From IMG/VR virus record IMGVR_UViG_3300001605_000013, positions 1 through 64,000 of that record: DNA of 64,000 bases; one strand, given 5' to 3'. Position 1 is the stretch's first letter; each line of letters begins with the position of its first letter. The notes beneath the pieces were generated by a model that had not been told where the DNA came from, did no database searches, and saw only the letters and a list, made by a program, of their open reading frames with translations. This document shows positions 32,101-44,740 of this stretch, in pieces. The position numbers and the translations under genes were made by a program. This DNA is from an uncultured virus (IMG/VR IMGVR_UViG_3300001605_000013) (Duplodnaviria; Heunggongvirae; Uroviricota; Caudoviricetes).

Positions 32101-33998
32101 AGCTCAACAAGAAAGAGTAAAAACTTCAACAAAGAAATCTATCTATAGATATTCTTATGTCTCAAGGAATGTCTAGAGAAGATGCTACATCCATATCATC
32201 TGATTCAGCAAATGCACTTGCCGTAATAGCCGCCTCTGGAGATAAAAGCGGTGAATCAATTAAAAAACTTGTTAAGGCTTTTAAAGAACTCGAAGCGGTT
32301 CCAGAATTTGTTGATCCCATAAAGAAAGAACTTGATGAAATAAACGATATATATAAGGCTCAGATGCTTCCTTTGCAACAAAAAATTGACAAGCAGCAAG
32401 AAATTGTTGATGGTATACAAAAAGAAATTGACGCTTTGCAAGATCTTAATAATTCTGATCAAAATAGGATTAGAGATCTCGAACGTCAAAAAGAAATGAT
32501 TCAAAGACAGATAGATGAATATGAAAGATTAAACGATTTAGATGAAAGAAGAGTTCAAACACTTCAAAGACAAGATGAATTAAGAAATCGTGAGTCTGAG
32601 TCCCTTAGTCGTGAACTAGAAGCTCTATCTGATATAGAAAAGAAAATTCGTGAATCATATCAGGAAAGAATTGATGCTCTAGAAAAGGTATCAGAAGTAA
32701 ATAGCCATATTCTTGAACAACAAAAACAACAGCTAGGATTGTCTCAGGCACTTTCTGAAGGAGATATTTATGCTGCTACCGCTGCTGCTCAACAAATGAG
32801 GGAAACTGATGCTCAATTTGCACAACAACAAGTTAGATCTGGTCTTGAGCAGGGTATGGAAAACGCTGTTGAAGGCTTAAGGACATCTGGAGGTCTTACA
32901 AGAGAACAAGCAGAAGAGCAAATTAAACAAATCAAAGAACAGTCATATCAAACTTCACTTCTTATTAGAGACATAGAAGATGCAATTTATGCAAGAAATC
33001 AGCTTATGGTTCCTTTGAAGGATCAGCAACTAACTATTGATCGTCAAATAAGAGATATTTCAGATATTATCTATAACAGAGAATCTAGCATTATTAAAAT
33101 ACAAAAGGATAGGCTTGATCCTGCAACAAAAACTTTGGATAACTATACAAAACAGGCTGGAGAATTAAAGAAAAATCTTGATATTCAGTCTAATCTTCTC
33201 GAAGGAGCAGATCTTCTTAAAGATATGACTGATGAGCAAATTGAAGCAGCTGGCCTTCTTGGTAGTGCTTGGCATGAAGTAGCCAAACAGATAAAAGCTG
33301 CCCAAGACTTGGCAGCAAAAAAGAGAGCTGAACTTGTAGCACCCGACCCATCCAAGTTTGTTGGAAAACCTAAAAAATATGCAGCAGCTCTAGCAAAATA
33401 CAATTCAAGCCTCGCCGCCATTAATGCAGCTGAGACATCTTCTACAGATGCAGCCATTGCAGCTGGTCAGGCAGCACTTGGTGCAAACACGAGTGGAATT
33501 ATTCCTTCTACATCAGGTGCCACAGGAGCAAATGCGGCGGGGGGAATAGATTATTCCAATATGGACTTCTCAGGAATAAACTTTGGAAGTCTAGACTTTA
33601 GTGGATTGAATCTTGGGTTTGGATCTGGTGGGATAATGAAATATGCTAAGGGAGGGGTAGCTGGTGAGGGATCTAGGGATTCTATTCCTGCAATGCTTAC
33701 CCCAGGAGAATATGTAATTCGTAAAGCAATGGTTGATAAATATGGAACGCCAATGTTTGATGCAATAAATCAAGGAGCATACTCCATGCCTAGATTTAAT
33801 ACCTCGGCGGGACCTGAAGCAAAGGTGAGTGGATCTAAGCAAGGTAGTGCAAACATTGTCGCACCCATGTATAATAACTATAGTGTTAATGTTAGTGTTA
33901 GTGGGTCTAATTCTACCGCCGATGAAATTGCTAACAAGACCATTATGAAGATAAAGCAGATGCAAGAAACAAAAATAAGGAGTGGTCGTGGCTACTAG
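26161..33998 (+). CDS. Tape measure protein (probably one gene; two indels at ~32040 and ~32120)
   Basis: Ala-rich helical core (FLNAVENQT, AEGANALKS), hydrophobic segments, two AxGG...D..PA.LTPGE[FY]V motifs; intermediate open frame bridges 32049 to 32157. Confidence 0.88.
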
Positions 33999-34629
33999 CG
34001 CATATATGAATGGAAGAAGATCCTATCTTCCTGGAGCATCACGACCACAAGCCATTTTGCTTTCTGATAATGCTGGAACCCTTGAGTCTGGTAAGTATGT
34101 TCCAACAGGAAACGAATGGGAAGATTTTATTATTCTCACTGATGGTAATCGTACAGAAATATCTATGTCCAATCAAAGAATTGAACAACGTCAGAGAATG
34201 ATAAACGGGAACATGCGCTCATACTGGACAGCTGATAAGCTAAACCTATCTAACATCGTGGAGCAGAATACCTTACTAGAGCGTTTTTCTCAGTACGTCA
34301 CGTTTTGATCCTGCTAACGGAGAAATAGATAACGCTCCAGGAACATATTCCATGTATACCGTGGATGGTGGGGCAGGTGGAGTAGATATTCTTTCTTGGT
34401 ATGAAGATCATCCAGGTCCAGTTTTATGTAGTTTTTAGCATATGATAAATTTAGAATAGATGGATCAGAAAATTATAATAGACTTAATGGATACAATCAG
34501 GTATTGAAAATGTATTTTTCATCGTTTTGATTACAGCATTGTAAAAAAGAGGTGGGGCTTGGTCAAGTGGAGGAACTGCAACAGGATTTGACTTTTGGAA
34601 CATCAGGTTTTTCTTTGGAAGAGGTTTAA
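33982..34629 (+). CDS. Putative distal tail protein (several indels)
   Basis: After tape measure; RQRMINGNMRSY; fragments YTVDGGAGG, LAYDK and LEEV-stop in shifted frames. Confidence 0.55.
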
Positions 34630-37600
34630 ATGTTTCAGTCAGAAGAACTTGAGAATCATTTTAAAAACATCAGATACTATACAGGTTGAAGCAGCGGTAT
34701 ATGCTGAGTGGAACATGAATCAACCAGATAACATTGCAAAGCTAGGAAACTATAGGTATCGACCAACATACTCTTCATCCCAATACTTTCTCATACCTAT
34801 GACATATGATCCAGTAGATATTGGAAACTACTACACAGGAGCTACAGATTCAGATGTTGCAATAGATAGTGGTTTTGACGATAATGATCAGCCTACCTTA
34901 TTTATAGCACCTAAAGAAAAAATGAAGATGCTCTATTCCTTGGAAGATTGTGTAAAGCCACACAGACCAAGATCTGGAATAAATAAGCCCTTATACCTGG
35001 GTGGTAGTGAAAGATTTGAATCAGAGGGGGATGAATTTTTTAAACCAGTTCAATTTATAACAAATCCATCACCAATAAATAAAGTAACTCAGACACAAGA
35101 AGAAAATCAAGGGTACATTGTAAATAGACCTAGATACTACATGTCACATAAGGATGATATATTTAAATATTGGACTTCATTTCGTACAGAATATGGCAAT
35201 CCAACTCCAAGACCAGGAATAATTGACACAGAAGATTTAAGACAAGTAGATCATGGTATATCTTTTTCTCAAGGAGCTAGATTTTATATAGAAGATGCTG
35301 CCCCATTTGTTGTTTATGATGAACAAGTTCCTACAAACAAACTAGTTGTAAAGATGCAGACAAATGTGGGAGATGTAGATTTAGGAAATTTGAGATACAA
35401 CAATAAATCTTTGCCAGATCCACTATATGGAGATACAAATAAAACCACGCCAGTTATTTGGAGGGTAGAAAAACTAAATCAAGATAACACATGGGAAGAG
35501 TTAATTCAGTTTGATGAAGCATCTGTAAGATCTGATGGTAGTCCAATTATTAAATCAGATGGATATGTAGAAGTTTCATATGGTTTACAAATACCAGAAC
35601 AGTATCAAGATATATTTATTTTTGCAGACACCATTTCTAGTGAGTCTTTGTTGCCAGAGTTTGCTCCAATAGGCTATACATACTTAGTAAAAGAAGATGA
35701 TCATGATCGTGGAACCATGCATATTTTTGTATCCAATGAGGACGTTGAAACTTTTATCCCAGACTATTCCTGGCAACTATCAGATGAAACAATAAACTAT
35801 AACAGTAAGTTTGTTACTCAGGCAGCGAACCCAGATTACTTCTTTGATATTAATGGTGTCCCACAATTTAGAGAATTTGAGTGGATTCTTGGAATAAGGA
35901 TAGTTGTGGAGACTATGAATAAAAACAACTGCACTTTTGACCTAATAGAATTTTCTCCCAGACTTCTGGTTGATCTTTCGCAAGCCACATCTTCATTTTC
36001 TGTAACAAAAACCATGTCTGATTTGGGAAACAGTTCTGTGCCCGTAGGTGGCTTATTTGCCTCAACAGGAGATTTAGAAATATTTGATACAGATTTTTCT
36101 TTTAATCAAAATAATACATTTGACTTTGATACTAATCAGGGAAGTATTCTAGCTAAATATTTAAATATGCCAGTAAAATTTTTGTTTTATGATATAACTA
36201 GAAATGTTGATGGTATAGATTATTTTATTCCAGTTAAAACAATGTACAGCGAATCATTTCCACAAGTATCTGGAGCTGGATCAACAGTTAGTATAACAAC
36301 AAGAGATTTCTTTTTCTATCTAGAATCCATGCCTGCCCCAGAATTATTGCTTACGGATGTTTCCTTGAGCTGGGCAGTTACGGTTCTTTTAGATTATTGT
36401 GGATTTTCCAACTATACTTTTAAAAGAATATCGGGATATCCAGAAGCAACCATTCCATACTTTTTTGTTGAACCAGATCAAAATGTAGCAACAGTTTTAG
36501 AAAAACTGGCTGTGGCAACTCAGTCTGCTATGTTTTTTGATGAATACAACAACTTTATTGTAATGTCTAAAGAATATCTTTTACCAAAAGATGATAGTGA
36601 AAGAGAAACTGATTCAACCCTTTATGGTCAAGTAGAGGAAGAGGCTTTACCGAATATAATTAATTTATCTTCTGAAGATAAAATAGTTTATAACGATGGA
36701 CAGATAAACTATACAGTGAGATATATACAAAGAAGTATTGGATCTACAAAAACAGCACAAAAGCTGGACAGATACAAACAATATATTTACAAGCCTGTTT
36801 TGCTATGGGAAGTTCAAGGAAGAGAATCAACAAAAACTATTAATCAGCTGGGAGCGCAAAATAGCGGGTACACTTTAGGAGCAGTACCACTAAATACAGA
36901 CCTAACTGATGAAGTACCATATGTTTTAGATAATGTTATATACAACAACGTGATAGATGCTGGAGAAAATGTTTATTGGATTCCATCATTTGCTGGATAT
37001 TTTTATGCTAATGGAGAAATTATTAAATTTGATGCAGTAGAGTACACAGCTTCTGGTCAAGCAACCCCTATTTGGATTACAAACAATCAAGAATATCAAG
37101 ATTATTTTAGTGGTTTAACATTTAATGGAAAAATGTATCCAACAGGAAATATTAGAATTTATACAAAACCAGAATATGAAATTATTGATGGCATTGTAAA
37201 TCTTAAAAATGGACAAATAAAAGAGCACGGTAGGGGACAATTTAGCACCCCTATTACATATCATTCGGCAGGACTAATAAATGATGATTTTTTGGACAAA
37301 TAATTCTAATGTTCGAGGATGTATCATGGATGCCTCTAAATATTTATTTTACAACAAACTCTTACATAGAGTATCCAAGTACACTTGAAGTAGGTATTGC
37401 TGGAAAGATCCAAGAAGACCCCTATCTAGACTCTGATGCATTTTCTCAATCATCTACAAGAAACGGAATAATAAAGAATTTTCTTGCTGAAAAATATGCA
37501 ACAGAAGAAGAGATAAATTATTATAAAACTACAGGACCAGGAACAATACAGTCGTCTGCACTTAGTTTTTAATGGTCCCAAGTTTACAGATCAAAGACCA

Positions 37601-39491
37601 TCTCCGTCATCCTTTATATCATATGTAGCCAAAGATTTTATTGATCAAAATGGAGAGGCGATTCCATATAAACAGTTTTGGAACTAGAATGAGGATAATA
37701 GGAAAGATAGAGTCTGGAACAGATAAGTCTCAAACCCCTGTAGGAGGGTATCCAATATTTGAAGGATCTCCTCCATCTGAAAACTTACCGATTTTTATAT
37801 CAACCAATGGAAATTCTTATTCTCTTACATCTGGAGCCACTCCGACACTATCTCCAACCTCTCCAGATCAAGAAATAAAAATATACGGCGGTTCTGGAGG
37901 CATTGGATTTGGATTAAACAAAGAAACAAACAATGGTTATTTTTATGAAATAGTTGGACTAACAGCAGACAATGTGGGCGATTATGTTTCAAACAATAAC
38001 GCAGGATCTGTGTTTGCGAAAATTTTGAGCAGTCCATCACCCTCATGTGTAAGTAACACAGTGACTGTATATACAGAAAATCAGGTGTCATTTGAAGTTG
38101 GTCAACAGGTTTTAATATCTGGACTTGTTGATGCAGCAGATCCAACAAATACGAGAACACCTTTAAATGGGGAATATGCGATAACTGCAATAAATACAGA
38201 CAAAAAATCATTTCAGTATCAAATATCAGCATCTCCTTCATTAACAACTACTTCTTCAACTGGAGGATCTGCAACGCAATCTGTTCCAGAAAACACTAAC
38301 ATTGCCAACATATTTTTTTACAAAATAAACTCTGATGGAGATGAAAATGCTATTCCAGTAAAGCTTTGGTCTGGACTAGCTCAAATAAATGTAGACAGTG
38401 GAGATTTCGTTGGTCAAAACAGGTTGGCTGGAGAATCAACAACAACGGTGTATGATCTTGCAGCAGAATACATTGACATTGGATCTGCAAGAAGATTCTT
38501 TTTATACTTCAATGGAAAACAAATTGCTACAGTAGATGACACAGATCCACTACCTGAATACAATAACATGGCCTTATTCGTTAGGGGATCTTCTAGATGT
38601 ATGTTTGAAAATGTATATGCTCTGGCAAACAACTATTCTCAAAATACTACCTTTACGGCAGAAACTGGTATAGCTCAGATATTTGGTGATGACCAAATTG
38701 ATGCAAGTGAAGCATTGAGAAAGTATGCAATTAGCGGTCTAATACAAAAGACCTATTTGTCTGGAATTAGTAGTGCAGAGCCACCTCAATATAAAATGTA
38801 TTTTGAAGAATTTGGAACAATTATGAGGGAAATGGCATACTTTAATGTTAAGTATGACAGAGCTTATCCAGCACTTTATGCAAAATTAATGAAAACCTTA
38901 AACAGGGTTAAAGGATACTCATCCTCTGGCTTTTATGCTGGTTCTTATGGGGCAGACTTTTTAGTTTTTAACTGTACAGACTTTAATCTTAACTTGGACG
39001 ATACTTCAGGAAACTATTTAAGAATTCAAGGAATTGCTTTTACTCAAGATACAACGTATACTTTGACAGTGGATGATTATTTTAAGAAAAAGTCAATATT
39101 ATCAGACACAGAATTGGGAACATCATCTACAATAAATAATCCATTTAGAGTTCTGGAAGAATACAATAAAATAAAAAATAGCAGAATTAAGTATGGGCTA
39201 AATCAATTTTCACCGATTGACAGCCCTTACATTCAAAGCACAGATGTAGCAGAGAACGTTTTTGGATGGATTATTGATAATGTTTCTGTTCCAAAGAAAA
39301 CGGTAGGAATAAATACTTTTGCAACAACAAACTTACAGCTTGGAGATATTGTAACAATTAACTACAAAGATTTGCAGGGTGGCGGTATAGACATAATTTC
39401 TCCTGAAAATACTAGGTTCGTAATTTACAATATGGAATATAGAAAAGACTCCTCTGGTCTTTCAACTACGTTATACTTGGTGGAGGTATAA
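34630..39491 (+). CDS. Large tail-tip/baseplate hub protein (indels at ~34660, 37300, 37570, 37640)
   Basis: ORFs 34595..37303, 37309..37572, 37641..39491 are collinear without clean starts; LEKLAVATQSAMFFDEYNNF; terminal LQLGDIVTINY. Confidence 0.65.
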
Positions 39492-39492
39492 A

Positions 39493-40173
39493 ATGGCTAC
39501 GCAAGCAGAAATTGATAGAAATAACGCTGAATATGCTAATGCACAAAATGCTGCCAACTATTGGCTTTCTCAGGGAAATATGCAAGCTGCTCATGATGCA
39601 CATAAAGTTATGCAAGCTGCTGCTGAAGCAAATCAAAGAATGGCACCACAGGTAGCAGCAGCCAATGCTGCTTGGCATCTAGCTAATTCTGCCACATCAA
39701 CAGTATCTTCTCCACCAGCACCATCTCCAACACCACCTAACCCATGGATGACCACTTCTACGTTTGTAATGCCAAAAGGAATAAAACAGGCAGACCCAGA
39801 CATAGTTATAGAACCAGGGACAGACACCTCTGGGGACTACATAGTAGAAAGATTTTTTGAAGAATTAGGCGGAACAGAGTTAATAAATTTATCTAGATAT
39901 GACTTAATTGATGGGATAGACGTAACATATAACCCCATTGCAAACTTATCTAGGTTGAGAAGAAGATTTAATCCAAATAATATAATTGCACTTGATATTC
40001 TTTCCGAAGATGAGTTTTCTAAATTTAGCATTGATTTATTGTCTAGGGGAATATACGAGCCGTACTTTGATGATGAGGGAAATTTAGTGGTTGAAGTTGA
40101 TATAATTAGATCAGAAGAAAATATAGATGTAGAAATTTCTTTAAGTGGTACACTAACAAGGATTGAGCTATGA
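39493..40173 (+). CDS. Putative tail protein with Ala/Asn-rich N-terminus and Pro linker
   Basis: GGAGG RBS; FEELGGTELINLSRYD; tail-tip context. Confidence 0.5.
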   Translation: MATQAEIDRNNAEYANAQNAANYWLSQGNMQAAHDAHKVMQAAAEANQRMAPQVAAANAAWHLANSATSTVSSPPAPSPTPPNPWMTTSTFVMPKGIKQADPDIVIEPGTDTSGDYIVERFFEELGGTELINLSRYDLIDGIDVTYNPIANLSRLRRRFNPNNIIALDILSEDEFSKFSIDLLSRGIYEPYFDDEGNLVVEVDIIRSEENIDVEISLSGTLTRIEL

Positions 40174-41508
40174 TAACTGACAAGGGTAAAGAGATTATTT
40201 CAAAGTATTTGCTAGGGCAAACCCCAGCATATGCAACACATATTTCTATTGGGTGTGGAGCCGTTCCATTGGATGCAAACGATACACCACCAAGCCCTTC
40301 AGTTTTAGCAGAAAAAACAATTATGGACTTTGAAATGATTAGAGTTCCTATAACATCAAAGGGATTTGTCGATGACGATGGAACTTCAAAAATATCATTT
40401 ACCGCAGAGCTTCCAAAAGAAAATAGATATGACATAACAGAGATTGGTCTCTGGTCTTCTGGAAGCAACAGTTTAGCTAAAAGCTTTGATAGCAGAATGC
40501 TTTTTAATTTCTCAGAGCCATGGCAGGCACACAGTATATCTATCTCTGAAATTACAACGCCATCACCGCTGGGCAGCGGGGGAGACATAACAACCCCTTT
40601 AAGATATTTTAGAGCATCAACAAACAACCTTGTTTTTTCTAATGCAGAAAGAAAAGCCAGAAAAGAAGGACCAAGATTTTTAGACTCAAAAATATTACTA
40701 AGGGGAGACTCCTCAATAATTCAAGGATCAACGGGATCTTGGACTGGAGAAAATCCTTTTTATGCAGTAACGAATAAAGTTAAAACTGGAGGCACAGCAA
40801 CATTAACAATAGGATCTCATTTATTGAATATAGGAGACTCCGTTGTTGTTAATATTTCTGATGTAGACTTTGATGGAACTCATGAAATAACTGCTAGGAC
40901 CAGCACAACAATAAGCTATGCATCAGTAGGAACTGTTTCTTCTGTAGCGACAACGGGTACAGTTAGTCTTTTGAAGAATCAACACATATACACCTTAACT
41001 CTATTAACTTTGACATCTCTCAAAACTCTACCGTCAGATCCACTGTTGCTAGCTTTTAGTCTTATTGACGTAGATGCAGCTGGTCCAGGAGTTGATCCAG
41101 ACTATGTTAAGATATTGGTTGAAGTTTTATAGAAATGAAACATCTATTTCCTCTGGATTTGCTAAGGCAGAAATTTATATAGATGGAACAGAATTTTCTG
41201 GTGATAGGTACAAAGTCATAGAGATTCCAATTTCTGATCTTGTTACAAGTCCTGATTTCAGTTCTCAACAAGTTAGGGTAGCAAGAATTTTTGCGTCAGT
41301 CGTTCACACCGTTTCTGGACAACAAAAAACATCTCCAGATCATTATGTTGAGCTTGAGGGGCTAAGAATAGAAAATGACGCAACATTAAATCCTCTTTAT
41401 GGAATGGTAGGATATTCTGTGGTAAGAACAACAGATGGTCAACCAATATATAAATATCAAAACACAAACAATTACATAGAGTTTAGATTTAATCTGGATG
41501 TGGGATAA
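40170..41508 (+). CDS. Putative baseplate/tail structural protein (indels at ~40970 and ~41120)
   Basis: MITDKGKEIISKY...ISIGCG...FEMIRVPI...ITEIGLW; continues in 41074..41508. Confidence 0.6.
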
Positions 41509-42305
41509 TGCCAAAGGTTGTAATACCCAAAGAAAATTTTCCAGAAATGGACATCTATACTCAAAAATATAATGTTCGTTACAGGGTTATAACTGAAAAC
41601 CAAAACAATCTTTCTTACTGGTCTCCAATATTTCAAGTAGATCCAGAAATTATTTTTCAAAGAGGAACTTTAGATGTACCAGGATACCTTTATGTTGAAA
41701 AACTTGGATCATCTTTTGTAAGTATAACCTGGGATTCTGTTTCTATTTATAAGGTTGTTGATGGAGTATTTAATATTATTGGAGAATTGCCCCACTATGA
41801 TTTATGGATTCGTTGGGCACAAAATGGTGGAGCAAATCCAAGTGACTGGATATACAAAGAAAGGATCTCTTCTACTTCTGTAAATATAAATATTCCAACG
41901 CAATACATAGACTCAACAGGTGTGTCCAGAACTGGAATTAAATACATCTATGTAGAAGTGTATAGGCCAGGAAGACCAATTATCAGATATGATCAGACAT
42001 ATGAGTTCCCACAAAACACAACAACTGTAGATATTACAAATAACTGGATTGATTTTGGTCAAGGTCATGGATCAGCAACTGGAACTCCAGGTCTTTACAC
42101 CTCAGCTACACCTATTGGTGGATTGACAAGCGGTAATACATACTATACAAGAACAATTAACTATACGACTATTGCTCTATATGCAACCAAACAAAATGCA
42201 CTTGATGATGTTAGCAGAATTAACTTAACATCAACAGGTTCAGGAACTGGATCGTTTACTGGATTTCCATTCAGAATGTACGATGGAATAAATACAAACC
42301 TGTAG
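41508..42305 (+). CDS. Putative structural protein
   Basis: YNVRYRVI..LSYWSPIF; GGLTSGNTYY...IALYAT...INLTSTGSG module. Confidence 0.5.
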   Translation: MPKVVIPKENFPEMDIYTQKYNVRYRVITENQNNLSYWSPIFQVDPEIIFQRGTLDVPGYLYVEKLGSSFVSITWDSVSIYKVVDGVFNIIGELPHYDLWIRWAQNGGANPSDWIYKERISSTSVNINIPTQYIDSTGVSRTGIKYIYVEVYRPGRPIIRYDQTYEFPQNTTTVDITNNWIDFGQGHGSATGTPGLYTSATPIGGLTSGNTYYTRTINYTTIALYATKQNALDDVSRINLTSTGSGTGSFTGFPFRMYDGINTNL

Positions 42306-42330
42306 TGCTATAATTAACAAGGAGAAAAAA

Positions 42331-42774
42331 ATGGCAAAAGTACCTTTACCAGATCGTGGTCAACCACTTGACGTTACCTATTTATATCAAATAGCTAATG
42401 CTCTTAATGATGCGGTTGACACTATATCTACTGCAACATACAACTATACTACCGTTGATACACGAGGAATTGGCAAGGAAGATGTAAAGAATAGTAATGC
42501 AAAGGTGTATGCCGCTTATAAGGACATTGTGACTAACGAAACCGTTTCTAGCAGTACCACAAAAACATTCTCTATTGATTTTGCATCAGAGTTTAAATAT
42601 CCTCCCATTGTTACAGCAACAGCAGTTAATACTGGAACAAGCACAATTGGTAACGATGTCTTTGCTATCATAACCTCTGTATCTACATCAAGGGTAGAAG
42701 GAATTGTTAGATTTAATTCCTCTGGAAGCGTTAGCACATCTGTAAATATAATTGCAATTGGTCTTCCTGCGTGA
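42331..42774 (+). CDS. Putative fibre-tip/H-type-lectin-like structural protein
   Basis: IDFASEFKYPPIVTAT...VNIIAIG; AAGGAG RBS. Confidence 0.5.
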   Translation: MAKVPLPDRGQPLDVTYLYQIANALNDAVDTISTATYNYTTVDTRGIGKEDVKNSNAKVYAAYKDIVTNETVSSSTTKTFSIDFASEFKYPPIVTATAVNTGTSTIGNDVFAIITSVSTSRVEGIVRFNSSGSVSTSVNIIAIGLPA

Positions 42775-42788
42775 TATAATGGTTCGCT

Positions 42789-42983
42789 ATGCTTATATGC
42801 AAAAAATGTAATGGTAGAGTGTTCATCGATAGGATGTATAGCTCAGAAAACCATATCGAGACATTCTGTGTAGTTTGTGGTGCAAGAAAATTTTATCATA
42901 ATTGGACTGAAGAAGATAGGGAGGCGACATGGCTTCTGAAAGTAGAGAAGGCAAGAGCCAAACTGACAATCTCCCAGTTATAA
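42789..42983 (+). CDS. Small zinc-ribbon protein
   Basis: CKKC...CVVCG. Confidence 0.65.
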   Translation: MLICKKCNGRVFIDRMYSSENHIETFCVVCGARKFYHNWTEEDREATWLLKVEKARAKLTISQL

Positions 42984-43471
42984 GGAGACCTAGAAGAAAG
43001 GTTTGGTTTCTTAATGAAGATCTTGTTAGGGTTGAACATACAAGTAGGGCTGCTGGAATTGTAACCCTATACAATCTTACTCAAGATAAAAGAGAAACGA
43101 CTACTGTTATAGAGTTTAGAAAGAAGAGAAGGCGTGCTTTTACTGTAAAAGAAACGGCACAACTTTTAAATTGTCATAGAAAACATATACCAAGATTAGT
43201 AAAAAGGGGGGTAATCCCAGATCCAATGGGAGAGCTTCCAGGTGGGGAAAGAGCATTTCACTACTTGTCATATTACTCAGAAGACGTTATAATGGAAGCA
43301 AGAAAGGCCATGTCTCAGATTCATCACGGGGCAGCAAGAAAAGATGGACTTATAACCAACAATAAAACTCCCACAGAACAAGAGTTGCGTTATTCAATGG
43401 GGGACGGAATGATTCTTTATGCAAAAACAGAAGATGGAAGGTTTATCCCTATCTTCAATGAGACTATCTAG
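42929..43471 (+). CDS. HTH DNA-binding protein (MerR/excisionase-like HTH)
   Basis: FTVKETAQLLNCHRKHIPRLVKRGVIP; GGGAGG RBS. Confidence 0.65.
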   Translation: MASESREGKSQTDNLPVIRRPRRKVWFLNEDLVRVEHTSRAAGIVTLYNLTQDKRETTTVIEFRKKRRRAFTVKETAQLLNCHRKHIPRLVKRGVIPDPMGELPGGERAFHYLSYYSEDVIMEARKAMSQIHHGAARKDGLITNNKTPTEQELRYSMGDGMILYAKTEDGRFIPIFNETI

Positions 43472-43502
43472 TAGTACACTAGCATATGCTATAATACTAC
43501 AC

Positions 43503-44032
43503 ATGGAAAATTGGAAAAGAATTTAACTGGGTCAAAAGACTACGAAGTATCTGATCTTGGTAGGGTAAGAAGCTGGAAGGTAAATCCACCAAATAAAAAA
43601 GATAGATCAATAACAGAGCCCAGAGTTTTATCCGTTAAAAATGGTAGCAGGGGATATCCTTGTGTTGCAATTTGGTCAGATGATGGAATTAAAAAAATGC
43701 CCAACATACACGTTTTAGTTGCAGAAGCTTTTTTAGGATTAAGACCAGAAGGAATGGTGGTTTGCCATAAAAATGACATAAAGAGTGATTCGAGATTAGT
43801 TAACCTAGAATATGGAACTCATAGTCAAAATAAACAACAGGCAATAAAAAACCGTGTAGCCCCATTTGGAGAAAATCACCCCCAATCTAAATTAAAAAAT
43901 AATGATGTACAAAAAATAAAAGAAATGCTTATTGAAGGAGACTTGACTCATAGGCAGATAGGTGATATATTTGGAGTTAGCAGATTTACCATTAGTAATA
44001 TAAAATACGGAAAATTAAGAAAACATGGCTAG
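43503..44032 (+). CDS. NUMOD4-HNH homing endonuclease with C-terminal HTH
   Basis: MENWK (43503, out of frame) + YEVSDLGRVRS; HVLVAEAF, CHKND...NLEYGTHSQN; SKL...IGDIFGVSRFTISNI. Confidence 0.88.
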
Positions 44033-44040
44033 GAGAAAAA

Positions 44041-44238
44041 ATGGAAGCAACTAAGATTCAGTGGAGTCTTGGCACAACACTAAATACAGGAAATTTTCAA
44101 AATCTACGTCTTGACTGTCAGATTTCAGATTGGCAACGCGAAGGAGAAAGTGCCAAAGAAGCATCAGATCGTGTTTATGCATTCGTAGAAAGTCAACTTA
44201 TAGAAAAACTAAACGAAGCAAAGGAAGAATTAGGATGA
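44041..44238 (+). CDS. Hypothetical protein
   Basis: AGGAG RBS; TLNTGNFQNLRLD. Confidence 0.7.
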   Translation: MEATKIQWSLGTTLNTGNFQNLRLDCQISDWQREGESAKEASDRVYAFVESQLIEKLNEAKEELG

Positions 44239-44423
44239 AAAAGAGATATGTGGCAACAGCAGAAGAGCCTGTTGTCTTGTGTGCCTATGGAAATACACCA
44301 GCAGAAGCTTTTAAGGGAATGGCTAAGCTTCTCAAAGAAGAAAGAATTGATTGGTTTTCGGCATCATCTGTAAGCGTTTTAGATTCAGATATTGATGCTT
44401 TTTGCGTAACCGTTTATGTCTAA
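44235..44423 (+). CDS. Hypothetical protein
   Basis: Start moved to ATG 44235 (ATGA overlap). Confidence 0.6.
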   Translation: MKKRYVATAEEPVVLCAYGNTPAEAFKGMAKLLKEERIDWFSASSVSVLDSDIDAFCVTVYV

Positions 44424-44431
44424 GGAGAGTA

Positions 44432-44740
44432 ATGGCTGATCGTAAAGATAGGTTTGCTCTTATTAGTAAATTTGAGCAGAACTATAAAATAAACAACATA
44501 ATAAAGCCAGCCATAAATAAATACAATGAGCAATGGGCTGCTGATGCTTTGCTAGAGTCTTTTGATTATAAAGACATTCTTTTAGCAATGTCTTATTATT
44601 TCAAGATAAATAACAATCCTACATGGAAGGGATTTGCCAACAATGTAGATCGTTTGCTACAATCCATAAAGACACAAGAAGAAGATAGAATATTCCGAGA
44701 AGAAATGCGACTGAAAGCAAAGGAGTGGGTTAATGGCTAA
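44432..44740 (+). CDS. Hypothetical protein upstream of helicase
   Basis: AAGGAG RBS before ATG 44432; overlaps helicase start. Confidence 0.65.
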   Translation: MADRKDRFALISKFEQNYKINNIIKPAINKYNEQWAADALLESFDYKDILLAMSYYFKINNNPTWKGFANNVDRLLQSIKTQEEDRIFREEMRLKAKEWVNG

